Origin: Lingula anatina
Lineage: Eukaryota > Animalia > Brachiopoda
NCBI GenBank assembly: GCA_051362555.1
Contig: CM120642.1
Coordinates: forward strand, 4,774,001-4,838,000
Length of the DNA stretch: 64,000 nucleotides
Direction of reading: 5' to 3'
How positions within the stretch are numbered: the first letter of the stretch is position 1; the number at the start of each line of letters is the position of its first letter. Both the position numbers and the translations under genes were made by a program. This document shows, piece after piece, positions 1-13,100 of this stretch. The notes under the pieces are model-generated. The model saw only the letters and a list, made by a program, of their open reading frames with translations, did not search any database and had not been told where the DNA came from.

Positions 1-1157
1 GTTTAGCGTCCACTTTCCCCAAGAGATTTAAATACTCTTCTTTGTTAAAGTAAAACTAGATAAGGCATCAGAAATATATATAAAAAATTTATTCCAAATC
101 AACAGCACATGCCTCAAAACCATGGAAAACGAATTTTTATTGAAAATTATATGAAAGGGCTACAAAAAGCTGTTATGATCCAAAACAGAACCCACAAATC
201 TGATTCATAGAAATTTGTGGCCAGAGAGTGACCATTAGTAAGTGTTGGGTGGACAGGTGGTGGGTCGCGACCTGCATTGACCATTAATAACAACAGGGGA
301 CTTGGTCCTGAGTGGGCACATGTTAATAAATAAGAAACTATAGTTTATAGCACAGGCCTCATTAATGCCGCCTTTCATCTTCAGCAGATGAATATCCATG
401 GTTGAGACCCGTGTGTTGTTTCACAGGCCCTTTTCTTGCGTGAGTAATTAGCCTTAATATTAATGCAATTCGGTGGCACAATTGAAGGGCATGTTACCCC
501 CTACACAGCAGCATGGGTTAAAGAAAAAAGAAGTCTGTTTATCATGGTTTATGCTGAAATGCATCAAAATTAATCCAAGACTGGGTGGACTACACATAGA
601 AAATTGCATGCCAGGCTTTAATTCACCATATGTGCAGTGGAGGCTGCCATTAAAAGCTTTTCATTAACCAATTTGACATGAATTTTTTCAAAGGCAGGAA
701 ATTAGACGCTTGACCTCACAATGTGACCTTTCAAGGGGTGCACTCAAAGACCCCCCTCCCATGTCTGCAGACATGACATAAAAACCTATGATTTATGGGC
801 ATTTGAGACTACCTCCTCTCAAGGTTTTATAATTTGAGTTTTATCAAGACAACTTGCGTCCATGTGTTTTGTGGTTATGTAGGAAGACAGTTTGCAGACC
901 ATTTTGAAATCACACCCACCGAAAGACCCCCCTGTCCCCCGTCTTCCATTTTTAACCCTATATCAGACATGTTAATTCACTATTATGGAATGTGAAGATG
1001 TGAGATATTAGATAGGGGACAGTTGGAGACCAGCACCTGTCAGTGACCCCTCTTTGAAACCCTCACTTCTTTACTGTTATCATAGTTCACATAGCTATGT
1101 AATGTGGTAATGTGAGGGGGTGGAAAGGTGACATTTTGATACCACCCCTCAGTGGAC

Positions 1158-1194
1158 TATATAAACTGTGTCCTCCACAAGCTGTAGTTCAGTC
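1158..1194 (+). promoter_or_regulatory. Candidate TATA box plus initiator core promoter (possible alternative RAPGEF1 promoter)
   Basis: TATATAAA at 1158-1165 and TCAGTC (Inr-like TCAKTY) at 1189-1194, about 31-33 bp apart. It lies upstream of the candidate first coding exon at 2102. Confidence 0.4.
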
Positions 1195-2101
1195 TGTATT
1201 CTTTTAACGCGTGAGTAAGAGCCACAGTGCGGTATCTTTGAGACTGCCTGGGTGAGGTAACCAAACACACCTGTGTCAGCAATATATTCATAAGCATGGA
1301 GGAAGAAAGTCATGTGAGAAACCTTGAAGAAACAAAACTGGGATGATTTTCATGCCTCGTGCTTCCCGATTGAGAGGACTAGACTTACTAGCTATGACTG
1401 TAACACTACTGTCAGAAAATGCTTTTGGGATGTTGTTTAGTATGTATTAGGACCTAACATTCAAATACAGGTACACAGCAAGGATGACTAAGATTAGTCA
1501 AGAAAAAGTGAACAGTGTGTTTTGCTGAATTGGCTTACATCGTAAAGAGTACCATTGTCATATTCTGGATATGTTATGCCTTTTGAAACACTGAGGAATT
1601 TCTTCCTGGATCGAAAGTCATAAAAATCTTTCAAATATTTTTTTTAGAAAAAAAAATCAATGAATGAGACATTTTTGAATTTTGTTGTAAAACATCTCTC
1701 TTATTCCGGATCAGGAAAAATATTGTTCAATGATATTGTTGAGTGTTATATTACTCGTAGAATTGTGTGGCAGTGTTGATGAAATGTTTGCTATCTTTGG
1801 ACATGGTTTGCTGCTTCACCTTAGCCAATTATATTTGATCAGATCTGTATAAAAACCACATCCCTGAAGTATAAACCTATGACAATGCAACATGTGGGGA
1901 CATTGTTATAACTGAAGGAAACAATATTCAGGATGCTACACTTTCACTGATGAGAAATACTTACAAAACAATTTAATAAAAATTACTTTGTTTGACATTC
2001 CTGACTGTAAGGCAAGATTGACAAAACCTTAGGAATATTTTGGATAGATTAGCACAATTTGGTGGAGAGGATTATCATCAAGAGAGGAAAAATAATATAA
2101 A

Positions 2102-2149
2102 ATGGATAATCTTGGTTTTAGAGATTATCATTATCAGGAGCTTTATAAG
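2102..2149 (+). CDS. RAPGEF1: Candidate alternative first coding exon A of RAPGEF1 (MDNLGFRDYHYQELYK)
   Basis: ATG in AAAATGG context with an in-frame TAA just upstream. 16 codons end in a consensus donor AAG|GTAAGT. Phase 0 fits the acceptor at 10196. Confidence 0.5.
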
Positions 2150-5100
2150 GTAAGTGTTTTCAGATATTTAAATTGTTTAACCCTGCTTTACAAGGTGAAG
2201 TACATGACGTTGTTATATTCACTCTATCACCCTGATTAACAAGGTGATGCACATGAGGTTATAATGGTCTTTACAGTTATTATTCTGCCACCCTGATTAA
2301 CATGATGTTACATGAGTAACATGATGCTATGGTGATCACAGTTATTTAAATTGCCACTGTGGTTTGAAAGGTAAAGTGCATGACATAATGCTACAGTAGG
2401 GTTTTCACCAGCCCAACAGGTTATGAAAAATGCCATTTACTTACCAGACAGTTAAATTGCTAGCCATGGTGATGGCTGTAAACTGTATGAATAACAGCTA
2501 CTTTTTATACGGTAGTTACTCAATAAGTTTGCACACGAATTGACCCCCCCCCCCCCCCCACCACACACCATCAGAAAAAAAATTTTGATGAAAAATTAAT
2601 ATTTTAAAGTGCTGATTCCTAATATCTGAAAAAGAAATCTTGGAAAAAGTGAGGCATTTGAAAATTTCAAGTAATAACCATAATATCTGCTTGGCAGTGG
2701 AATATTAGGATTCTGCTTTATTTTGCATAGCCTAGTTGCCATGCTTTGTCTGTGTAAGTTTTAAAAGTGGTTATTTTAATACACATGTACAGTAAACTTC
2801 ACAGATTTCATCACCTGATAAATCCAAATCATAATTTCTCTCAAACTAATCTCATGGGATGTTTTTTCTTTGGTATCAAAGTTACCAACATTGCACATTG
2901 TAGAACTTTACCTCTTGAAGTCTGTCATTTTTATTTCTGAATCAGTGTAATAAACCTAGCTTGCTGGTGATGTTGAGATTGGCAGAAGTACAGCTCAAAG
3001 TATCAAAATGGTATTCTTTTAGTGAAAACCATGTTATAGTTTGGAACTCTTCAAAGTGACACAGGGAGCACTCAAGAAGCAGTAATGGGCCTTAAACAAT
3101 GATGGTGTCACTGTAACTGTAATAGGAGGTATAACAAATGGCAGGATATGATTTGTTTTATGTCTCCAGAGGCATATTAGCAGTGACATTTACAAATGAT
3201 TACTGTTTTTCTATTGTACAAGGGCTTTGGTAGTGTTTAAACTTGACTCTTCCTTGTGAGAGCAATTTATTTTTGTAAAGGTATGCTATATCTAAAGGAT
3301 ACTAGAAAATCTGTTTTTATTTCTTGCAAAAATAAAAATATTTCAGCCCAAATTCTCCTTGGAAATTATTAGATTTTCTGGATATATATATATATATATA
3401 TATAGTAAAAACATTGCTCTAGAAAAAATTTTAGTCATTCAGTCATATACCTTCCCTCCTGAGAAAGGGTTTATGTGTGAAGAGGAAATGCTTTACTTTC
3501 TCTCCCCCCCCCCCTTCCTACACCTACCCTCTCCAGTGTACCTTTCAAAACATGGAACCAGGACATCCTGTGCCCCTCTGATATTTACACCTGGTCATCC
3601 TGACATCCCCTCTCGTATCACTCTGCCATTCATTGTTACCTTAGGTTGACACTGTGATTGGCTTTTGTTAAAAAACAGTGTTTACTGAAATGAATTTGGC
3701 AGGGTGCATGATAAATGAGGGATTGTTGCCACAAGATAAATTAAAAACTTGAAAATGAAACCAAGTTCATTTAATCAATAGTATTGATGAGTTAAACTCT
3801 ACTTGACTCATCCATTGTTGTGAGGAATAAAAAATAGTGCATTTAGTGATACATCTTTTGAGGTTTTCCACCTATTCCCTTTGTAAAATGTTATGGGATG
3901 GGATGCAAGAGGATATGTATGATAGTCATTCATCAGACTTTTTTAATTAAAGCAGTTGTGTACCCTTCTAGCAGAGATATTTGGAGATAATTTCTATTGG
4001 ATTAATATAATAGTGGTGGACTGCAATAAAGAGTGTGATATCTGGAGTTGGGTCTGTTTTTTTTTTTTTTTTCCCTAATTGTTGAGAACCTGGGTGGGAG
4101 AGGGGTCAATTACATGATGATATACGTGGTAAAATGCGACTGATAATGTGGGTGGTGAAGCATGGAGACACAAATGTTTACTTAAACAGACATTAAAACT
4201 CCCACCAACCATTGCTCAGGAAGCAAATATTTGAGAAAGGAAAATTGGAAATGTTTTGAATTTCAAAAGTTTTAATGCGGTAATAGTATGTAGTGCAATT
4301 TCATGTCCTTTTACACCCTACTTAGTTGGTATTTGGAGGTGTAAGGGATTGAGTCACATTTTGACCTAGATGGGAGTAGAGGAGTAAAATGTGGTTTTGT
4401 GGTTATCCTTTAACTGACATCTTTGTCTGACTGGGAGGGGGTCACATCAAAATGCAAACTGATAGAGATGGGAAGAAAAGTGATATATTGTCAACTACAA
4501 AGATTTGGTCTAGTTCTAAGAGAATTGAAGAATAACAGTTTTGTTGAAAATTTGATAGGATTGAAAAAGCAGAAAATGTTTTTAAAGGTTTGTTTTTGTG
4601 CACCTTTGTTTTTGGGTAAATATAGTATAAAGGATTTACTTTTAAATTGATAGTGTTACTATTTTTTTTATTATAAATCAGCTTTTAAGAGAAATCTGTA
4701 TTTGAAATTGATTAATTATTTTCCTCAATTAAATTTATAGATTATACATCACTGATAATGAGGAAAATATTAGTAGTAACAATGGAAATGAGTTGGCAGC
4801 CAGACCTATATATTGTCCTTGGAGCTTAGATATCCCTGGTGTGGTTATGATAGATCTGTGAATGATACAGGTATTGTAAGGAATGGGTACATTGATCATA
4901 TTTATAACTTGTCTGAAATATGTAATACTACATATGATTGGGTGATTTAGGAGTCTTCCTGATTGGATAAATTGAGAAAGGATATAATTGTATTTATTTA
5001 CTGAAACTGTGTTATCAGTGGTCTGATTAAGAGTTTATTGGTCATTGTTTTCTATTCTGTTCTGTTTGCCTACTGTACTAGAATTTGAGGGGTATACCCA

Positions 5101-5452
5101 AAAAAAATTTGACCTGAAAGCCATGAAATTAATTTTTAAAAAAATTATGTGCCTGGATGGATGTGAATTTGACTTTATTAGCGCATAAAAGCCAATCTTT
5201 AATGAATTAAAGCCTTTTGCACAACCAATAGATAAATCTTTTATTTTCTGAGATTGGAAATGTTATTTAGAAGGAGTAAATTACTTTGAATCTTTACTGA
5301 CTAAAAGCATTTTAATTGAAGAGGTTGCAAATTGCAATAAAAAACATAGTAAATCAATATTTATGAAAATCTTTTAATTTAACATGGTATAAGTGTGACA
5401 TAGAATATGAAAATATAGCACACACTTAGGAGTTGTAGGCAGGTTGAGCTTA

Positions 5453-5457
<5 letters not shown>

Positions 5458-5511
<54 letters not shown>
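5458..5511. repeat. (AT)n microsatellite
   Basis: Uninterrupted TA dinucleotide run. Confidence 0.95.
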
Positions 5512-5513
<2 letters not shown>

Positions 5514-6847
5514 TACATATATATATATATATACTGTGTGCCTTTGATTACCACAACTCATATGATCCAGATAGCATCAGAGAGGCACAACAGATTTAGA
5601 GGATTTCCAGAGATTATCCATGAGAGATAATACCAGAGAGATAAACCTTTATATACAGGAGTGAAAGTTATATCTGGCAGTATATAATTTAAGAGACTGA
5701 AGTCCAGTTGCAGTGTCAGTATCTGGGTTGTTTTCATCTACACCAATTTCATCTCAGCAATTTTTACCAGACCAGTCTCTGAGTCTCTCAGTTTTAGTGG
5801 ATACTGTAGAGGTTACGCATTGAGAAAAATTTTTATGGACAAAATATGGAAATGGAAAGTACATCCATACTTATACTCAGCTGCTAAAAAAACAAGTGAT
5901 ATATAGACTTGCCTAGCATATAGGATCACCAAGTGACTTTTTTTTTTCAAAAACTGTCCTTTATGGAGTGATGAAAATGATAACTTGTTTTGGCATTCCA
6001 TTTACGCCATCAAACAACAACAGGGCACTTTTAGAATGACTTTGAAAGGATCCATTGACCCAAATAAGAATTTCTTTCCAAAGTAAAGACTTCTGAAATC
6101 TTTTGAGCTGAGATGTTATTTATGGTCACATCATCGGATTCCGAATGCTGGGATTGTGGGAAGAATTATCGCTATATTTTATATACATTTGTCTACAACT
6201 TTGTATATTTTGGCTGATATCATCTAGCTGATTGAAAGAAGCATGTAATATCTAATTCGAACCTTCATTTTTGAAAAAGGAAGACACTTTTGATAGGTAG
6301 CTCAGCTGGTAAATGGGGTCTTAAAATGCAAGCAGCTGACAGCATAGGACTGTATTTCTCACAGAAATCTGTGTATTATGGATCTTTAATTGAATTTCAA
6401 TTTTGCATTTTGAAATATAATCACAAAGGCTGTATATGTACCTGATTAAATTTCTTGCTGCATCAGTGAAGCATTGACCACAAGCTAGCTGCAGGAAGAC
6501 ATATTCCAGCTTGGTGGAATGTCAGTTCATTGGCCATGCAGAGATTCTCCATTTGATTTTTAACTAAACTGTCACACAACCCATCACATGACTGTGCAAA
6601 AGAGGATGACTAAGACAGTGAGAAATTAAGTTCCAGATAATACAAATCCTATCACAAGGAACACTTTAAACAGTTTGAAAGTGCTTTGGTACCCTTTTGG
6701 GAAATAACTGAGATTTAAAGGATTCAAAACCAACACATGGGCATACTTTGAATTTTGGGATACAAGAGGCAGTCTTCATTTTGAATAGATTTAGGGATTC
6801 AGAGAATCAGATATAAGGAATCATTCAAGAATCATTGTATTACAAGA

Positions 6848-7039
6848 ATGGATTTCATAAAAAGCACAGAGTACTGGGCAAAGCTAGGATTTGGAAGTAT
6901 GATGGGTATCCTAGAGCCTGACTCAGATTCTGATTCTGACTTGGACATTGGTATTTCTGAAATCTCTTTTACCCCAACCTGGTATGTCAGGTTGTACAGA
7001 GACGAATATGTTGAATGCTGGATGTTGGAGGAGGAATAT
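6848..7039 (+). CDS. RAPGEF1: Candidate alternative first coding exon B of RAPGEF1 (64 aa, MDFIKSTEYWAK...CWMLEEEY)
   Basis: ATG in AGAATGG context, 64 open codons and donor TAT|GTAAGT. Phase 0 fits the exon at 10196. Confidence 0.6.
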
Positions 7040-7312
7040 GTAAGTGAATGCAAGTTGTGTCTCTTTTAGGTAACTCCAATCTCTTTTTGTCATTGTGTAC
7101 AACTTGAAGAAGATAGCATTGAATTCTGATTGTCTCTTATCCTGTGCGAAACCCAAACCCAAACAAAATTGTATTCTGAACAATAGCTGCTTTGTTATAA
7201 GGGTATTTATAAGCACAGGTAAACTGAGCACATAGTATAGTAATTTTTAAACCTTTTTGGCTTTGATTTCTTTCAGAACTGAAAGGAGCTCAAATGGCAG
7301 TGAAAAAGGATG

Positions 7313-9964
7313 TAGTCTGGATGACAGGTGCTATATTTTGGACAAATTGCTCAAAATGTGGAAAAAGCATGAAACTTGGCACAAATGTTCTTTGGTCTAA
7401 ACTGATCATTTTCAAGGGCAGTGCCCAAAATTTCAAAGCGTTGCTTAGCAACCGTTGCTATGGAAGTGAATTTCCTTAGTAACAAGCTAATTAGACCTTT
7501 CTTGTCCAGTTTAAATTGTTTAGAAATGCTAATAACTTTGTTTCAGGGCATCAGAACTGTCACTTGACTATTTTAAGGCAATTAAAAACCAAATTAACCT
7601 TAGCTACGATTGCTAGGCAGCATATTACCCTAGCAACAAGCATTTAAAGTTGCGTTAGTCTATTAAGTAAGGCAAATCTTTTATACTAGCTAAGAACTAC
7701 ACTTTTGAGCAAAATGTTCATACTTTTTATCCAGTAAGTTGAAACAATTGTGTGATGTTTACACACATCCGATCAAAAACATTGCCAGTGCAGATACTTA
7801 AGGCAGCATGTTCAAAGTTAGTAACCAGCCATTTCCATGCTTTTATCACCTTACGACTCTTTATAAAACTTTGCAATAGTTAAGACGTTAAATTCTCCCT
7901 TGTATGTGCAATATACAGTGCATTTTGCCCTTGCACATTGTCAGCTTCTACATTTGCACCAACATGCACACTGGAGCAACTCTGGGCAGGTCAATAGCTT
8001 CTGGCAAATGTGTCCACAAGGGTCCCCTGTTCCGCACAAGTCCAACCAGAGTGAGCACATGGTATCTGATGACATGGCACCGTAGTGCTGATTCAGATAT
8101 GTTCATCTCGCAAAAAATAGTCTTATATTGTTGTAGAGCAGCCTTGGTGGAAGTAAGATATGGCATCTAACGGCCTTTGGGTGTGAACAGAAACTTTTGA
8201 ACTTCATTGATTAACAAAAAGAATTAAAATAGAACCATGCAGGTGTACTTAAGTTACTTGGTAGAGAATGGAAACTGACAAAATACAATGTGAAAAACCT
8301 TTTTAGAAAATATTGAACAAAATGAAAAATATCTTGGAAATCTGGTCTCTGAGAAACCTTTCAATAATAGGAAAGTCAACAGTGGTTACACCTTTAGTAT
8401 TTCTCATCTTACGTTGTGCATGTATAAACTCTCCTACTAGCCCCCCCCCCCCCTCAATACTTAAAAATATGCATATCATATGTAACTTTATCAGGAATGG
8501 GACAAGATACAAAATAAAATGAGCAAGGATGGCGTCTGATTACAAAAATGGGCGGTAAAAGGTACCGCAAATAAAAATTTTACCAAGGCCCTAAACTTTA
8601 CATGGCTTAAAAGACTTCTTTATGAAGAAAATAAGAGTAAGTGGAGAGTGTTTTTCTTGGCGAAATGTCAGTAATCGGTAGTAACAAAAGGTGGATTAAA
8701 AATACTAAAAGCAACTTCTTATCCCTTTTGGCAAAGATTATTGGTTCTTTGAGTGAAATTCAGGAAAATTTCAATTTAACCTCAGATGAAATCCTTTCAC
8801 AACCATTATGTCAAAACTCAAAAATTGAAAGAAATTGCAAAAACTATTTTCCATAAAAGATGGTGTAAAAATGTTTTTTTTTTTTTTTTTTTTTTTTTAC
8901 ATCAATGATATTATAAATGACATTTGAAATCCCCTCTGTCTAGAGGAACTCAACAAAAAATCAACCTTAACACTAACTTTCTAGGCTAATTCATCATCCA
9001 GAAGAGCTTACCATCTGAATGGCTATCTCTTCCCATGGAAGTAAATTGAGCATAGCAATCCAAGAAATAATTCACTCAATTAAACAAGTTACCAAACCAT
9101 CCAGATATTTTTTCACAAAAACTCCTCCAAAGCCATAAAATATCACCAGATAAAGGTGAAGGTGAATGGCAGACATATTTAAAAAAAAAACCTTGAGTAC
9201 TGATAATTGGGAACTAACATTTAAGAAACAGATCACAAGAAATTTAAGAAGTTCTGAAGTTGCTCCAATTCAGAGTAAATCATAGGATATTCAATACTTA
9301 TGCTTATCTTATGAATTTGAGAATTTTGCAATACTGCTAGGGAAAATATTCTGTACGTTTTTTGGGATTGTCCACATGTAAAAAATGTTTGGATGTGCAT
9401 CATTTGCCCCGCTAAAGATAATTTAGGTGTGGTCATTGATAGATCTCCGGAGATATTTGTATTTGGGTTTGTGCAAGCATACACTATTTATGTACCTATC
9501 TTAAATAATTAAGAAACATGTTAGTATATGTAGAATGGGAACAGAAAGATCTGGGAACAGAAGGAACTGGAGCGTATGTAAAATGCTACAGAGATATCTG
9601 TATTTTTATTATTAAATATATATTATTAAATATATAATGTTAAATACTTGTTGCTAGGGTAATATGCTGCCTAGCAACTGTTGCAATGGTTTACTTGGGT
9701 TTTTAATGCCTTAAAATAGTATAGTGATAGTTCTGATGGCTTAAAACATTATAAAAAGTCTTTTTAAATCATTTAAACTGAACAAGAAAGGTCTAATTAG
9801 CTTGTTACTAAGGTAAATCACTTCCTTAGCAACGGTTGCTAAGCAACGCTTTAAAATTTTGGGCACTACCCTTGAAAATGATCAGCATAGTCCAAAGAAC
9901 ATTTGTGCCAAGTTTCATGCTTTTTCCACCTTTTGAGCAATTTTTGCACCAGTCATCTAGACTA
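7313..9964 (-). mobile_element. Decayed Academ-like DNA transposon with long TIRs
   Basis: Imperfect TIRs of about 330 bp (7313-~7650 vs ~9640-9964), 5'-TAG termini and a 3-bp ATG TSD. Frameshifted Cys-rich transposase-like remnant on the - strand at ~7900-8170 (WTHLPEA../CPELLQCAC..KCRS*QCARAKCT). Confidence 0.75.
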
Positions 9965-10195
9965 ATGCTCCAGACTTTCTAGAGCATGTGTATTCCTCTT
10001 TATTTTGTTTTGAATTTTACCTTTATAATGTAGAAAAGCTAAAGCAGGAATCAAAGAGGATGTTCCAGTACCTAATGTTTTTAGAAAAAAATCCATAATT
10101 ATCTTTAATATTTATTGTGTTTGAATCTGTTTTCACTATCTGGAAAAAATCCTTATTAATCATAACATTTAATATGTTTGTATTTTTTTTTTCAG

Positions 10196-13100
10196 AATGT
10201 AGAAAAGCTCAAGCAGGAGTCAAAGAAGGTGTTCCAGTACCTGGGGTACCTGGAGAAGGCAGTGGTCAAGGGGGTGATGATTCAACAGATTCCTGAGGCG
10301 GTGACGGTGGTGTTGGAGGCTGTGATGGATCTCAGTTCTCTCCTTGGAACCTACTTTATAAACCAAGACAGGTAAATTGTTCTTACAGTCCATCCAGCAA
10401 GTGGTTTTCATCAGCTGTGTTATGCACTGAAAGTTACAATAATGGTTTCCTCAAATAACAGCAAATTCAGAGATGTTTACACTCTGGAATTTGAATGCGG
10501 CATTTCTCTGAAGGTGTCTGGGGACAGAGCCATTTTGAGATAACACAAAATGATGTGTGCTGATAAAATTCATTGCTCTGTGATGCCTGCTGATAAAATA
10601 CAATGGTCTGTGATTCAGTAAACCTTGTTTGAATTATTTGTGTACGAATGTGAGGTTTTGGTTTCAAGTGCTCCTCACACTTTTTCTTGTGTGACAGGAA
10701 CAATAGGAAGTTTGAACCATTGCCCATTTTCCTTCATTTTGTACAGCTGACAGTCATCCCATATGCTGACCCCAATACCTATTATATATGGTATCTGGAC
10801 TTCTATTCCTAGGACTATCATATTTTGGACATTTTACAATCTAGCTAGAGCCAGATAATTGCCATGACTCAGTACCACACTGCTGTTTATCAGAGTCACA
10901 GTATGAGCTGATTTGTAATGTTACCATGCTTAGGTATAATTAAGGAAACACCAGTCATTATAACCTTTTTTTTTTTTTTTTTTTTTTTGCTATAATATAG
11001 TATTACCTGTAGAATTCATGGCCTGAATGTTTTCCTTTCAAATGAAATCAAATTTTTGTTTCTCAATTTTTACCCATGCAATGACTTGGACATTGTACCC
11101 TAAACTCGTAATAAAATAAGATGTTGAATGTATTGTGTTTCATAACAGGTATGGCTGACAGGGGGTATATATCTGGCTAAATAAATGTCATTGGATTGAA
11201 AATCACTTAATAACATTTGGAATCATTTTACAATTTGGCACAGGGAAAATCTTAACAACAGGTTTCCCTTGCCAATGTGACTCAGTATTGCAGCTGTGTA
11301 CAGCTCACAGATTTATGTCCATTTGTTTGGCAAGGCATCTTAAATAAACTAGTTTTAAGTAATTTAAGTATTCTGTAGCACCATTTATACGTAACATTTA
11401 AGGCTTTAAAATCAGTCGAGAGTTGCATACTGTTAGTTTGGGTTTGGTATTCTGAAGGGTATGACTTGTAAAGATATTTTCTGATGTTTTAAGTTACTGT
11501 CTGAAAGTGTTGTGCATCAGCTTGTCCTCTTGTGTTAGAATTGTTTTTATTTGCATTTGTTTGTTTATTATGTTTCACTAAGATAATTTTGTTTTTCTTC
11601 TAGCTCTGTCCTTTTGTCCAGTCAGAACAAAGTATACCAGAAGCTGGCACAACTGGTCAAGTGGGCAGACACCTTCATCCTCAACGAGGAACAGCCGCTG
11701 AATAAAGATGGCGCTGCTGAAATCATCAAAGCTGTCAGTGATGCACTGAAGGTAGACTTGTAATTAATTAATTAATTAATTAATTTGTTTATTTATTTAT
11801 ATATTTTATTTATTTATTTATTTCTATATTAAAATGTTGATCAGAGTCATCCATGTAGGTGGTGTATTTGTCTTTTCTAATTGTGCCCTTTTCAAAAATG
11901 TACTCAATTTAGAAAGTCACTGTTTTGTTTTCTTTTTTTTTTTTTCATATTTTTGGAGTATTTAATTGGTTTGAGGGTGGGGTATTTTTGTAATCAGCAG
12001 AGATCAATGAGCAAGTATTTCAAGGATAAATGGTAATTGCAACTAAGGATCATTTGGCATTGTTTTCTGTACTAAGTTCCAAAGTATCTTTGTGAAGTTG
12101 CTTAGTGAATAAGAAAATATTGTTGCATTTGATTTGCTGTGTGAAAATGGCAGTTACAAATGTTTTATCCTTTTTTCTTTTTCAGGAATGGGTTCAGATT
12201 TCATCTGACAAGCTCCAAAACAAGTCGTACTTATCTCTTCCAAAGTCTGCAGGATCCAGAGGTTCTTCTACTAGTAACCCTGAAAGGTACATTTTAGTAT
12301 TTGGAATATTTGTTGACATTTGTTTCAATGTTTTTCGGGAATAGAAAGGTATTATTTCAAGAAATGCTATTTGAAATCTCTTGAACTAAAGCATAATGTT
12401 CTTGTAAATAGTAATTTAAGTTGAAAAACTATTATTTTTTATTTCTTGCTATAATTTCCATTTGAGACAATGCCTTCATACCAAGAACAATGGTTCTTAT
12501 TTATAAATATTCTTTCTATGTTTCAAGTGTTACATTTTTCTCTTTCACAGCCCAGGTAGAACGTCTCTCCCAGACATCCCACTCACTCCAAGGGAAAGAG
12601 AAATTCTAGAACAGACTAACATGGGAGATTACGATAACAACTTTGGTTTTAAAGACTCAGACATCTATGGAAACAACAACACACTTCTTCCAGGAGCACC
12701 TCCTCCAAAACCACCACTTCCTGAAAACAGAGTTTCTCCACTGATGAATAGAAGGTAGGACATATGAGTTACTGATCATGATTAAATCACAGACATGGTG
12801 GAAAATTCTGGAGGTATTGCAAGCTCAGTGGCCTGCTGAAATTTAGATATTGCAGACCCAGTTCCAGATATTTTTCCGGCACAAATTAAGTCCGTGGTAC
12901 AGGTTGACCACATACAGGTTCATAAAATGAACAAAAATATGTTATGTGGAATCAAATCTTAGCTAGTGAAAAACATTAGAAACATTCACAGTTTTAGGTT
13001 GATATGTTATCAGTTTTTGGCCAGAACATACAAAATGTGAAAAATGCTTTATTTTTTACGATTGAGCCTGAAAAAAGTGTGAGTAAAGACCTCCATGGAA

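Noticed and set aside
2180-3035. Degenerate ~55-bp repeats and a possible GGGTTTTCAC/GTGAAAACC-ended MITE
   Set aside because: Too decayed to set boundaries or a TSD.
5570-5700. Cluster of GATA motifs as a possible enhancer
   Set aside because: Short motifs in AT-rich DNA, and significance cannot be judged by eye.
473-6001. Short ORFs from the track (473, 3359, 4423, 5379, 5813)
   Set aside because: Low-complexity or microsatellite-derived, mostly non-ATG starts, with no supporting splice phase or homology.
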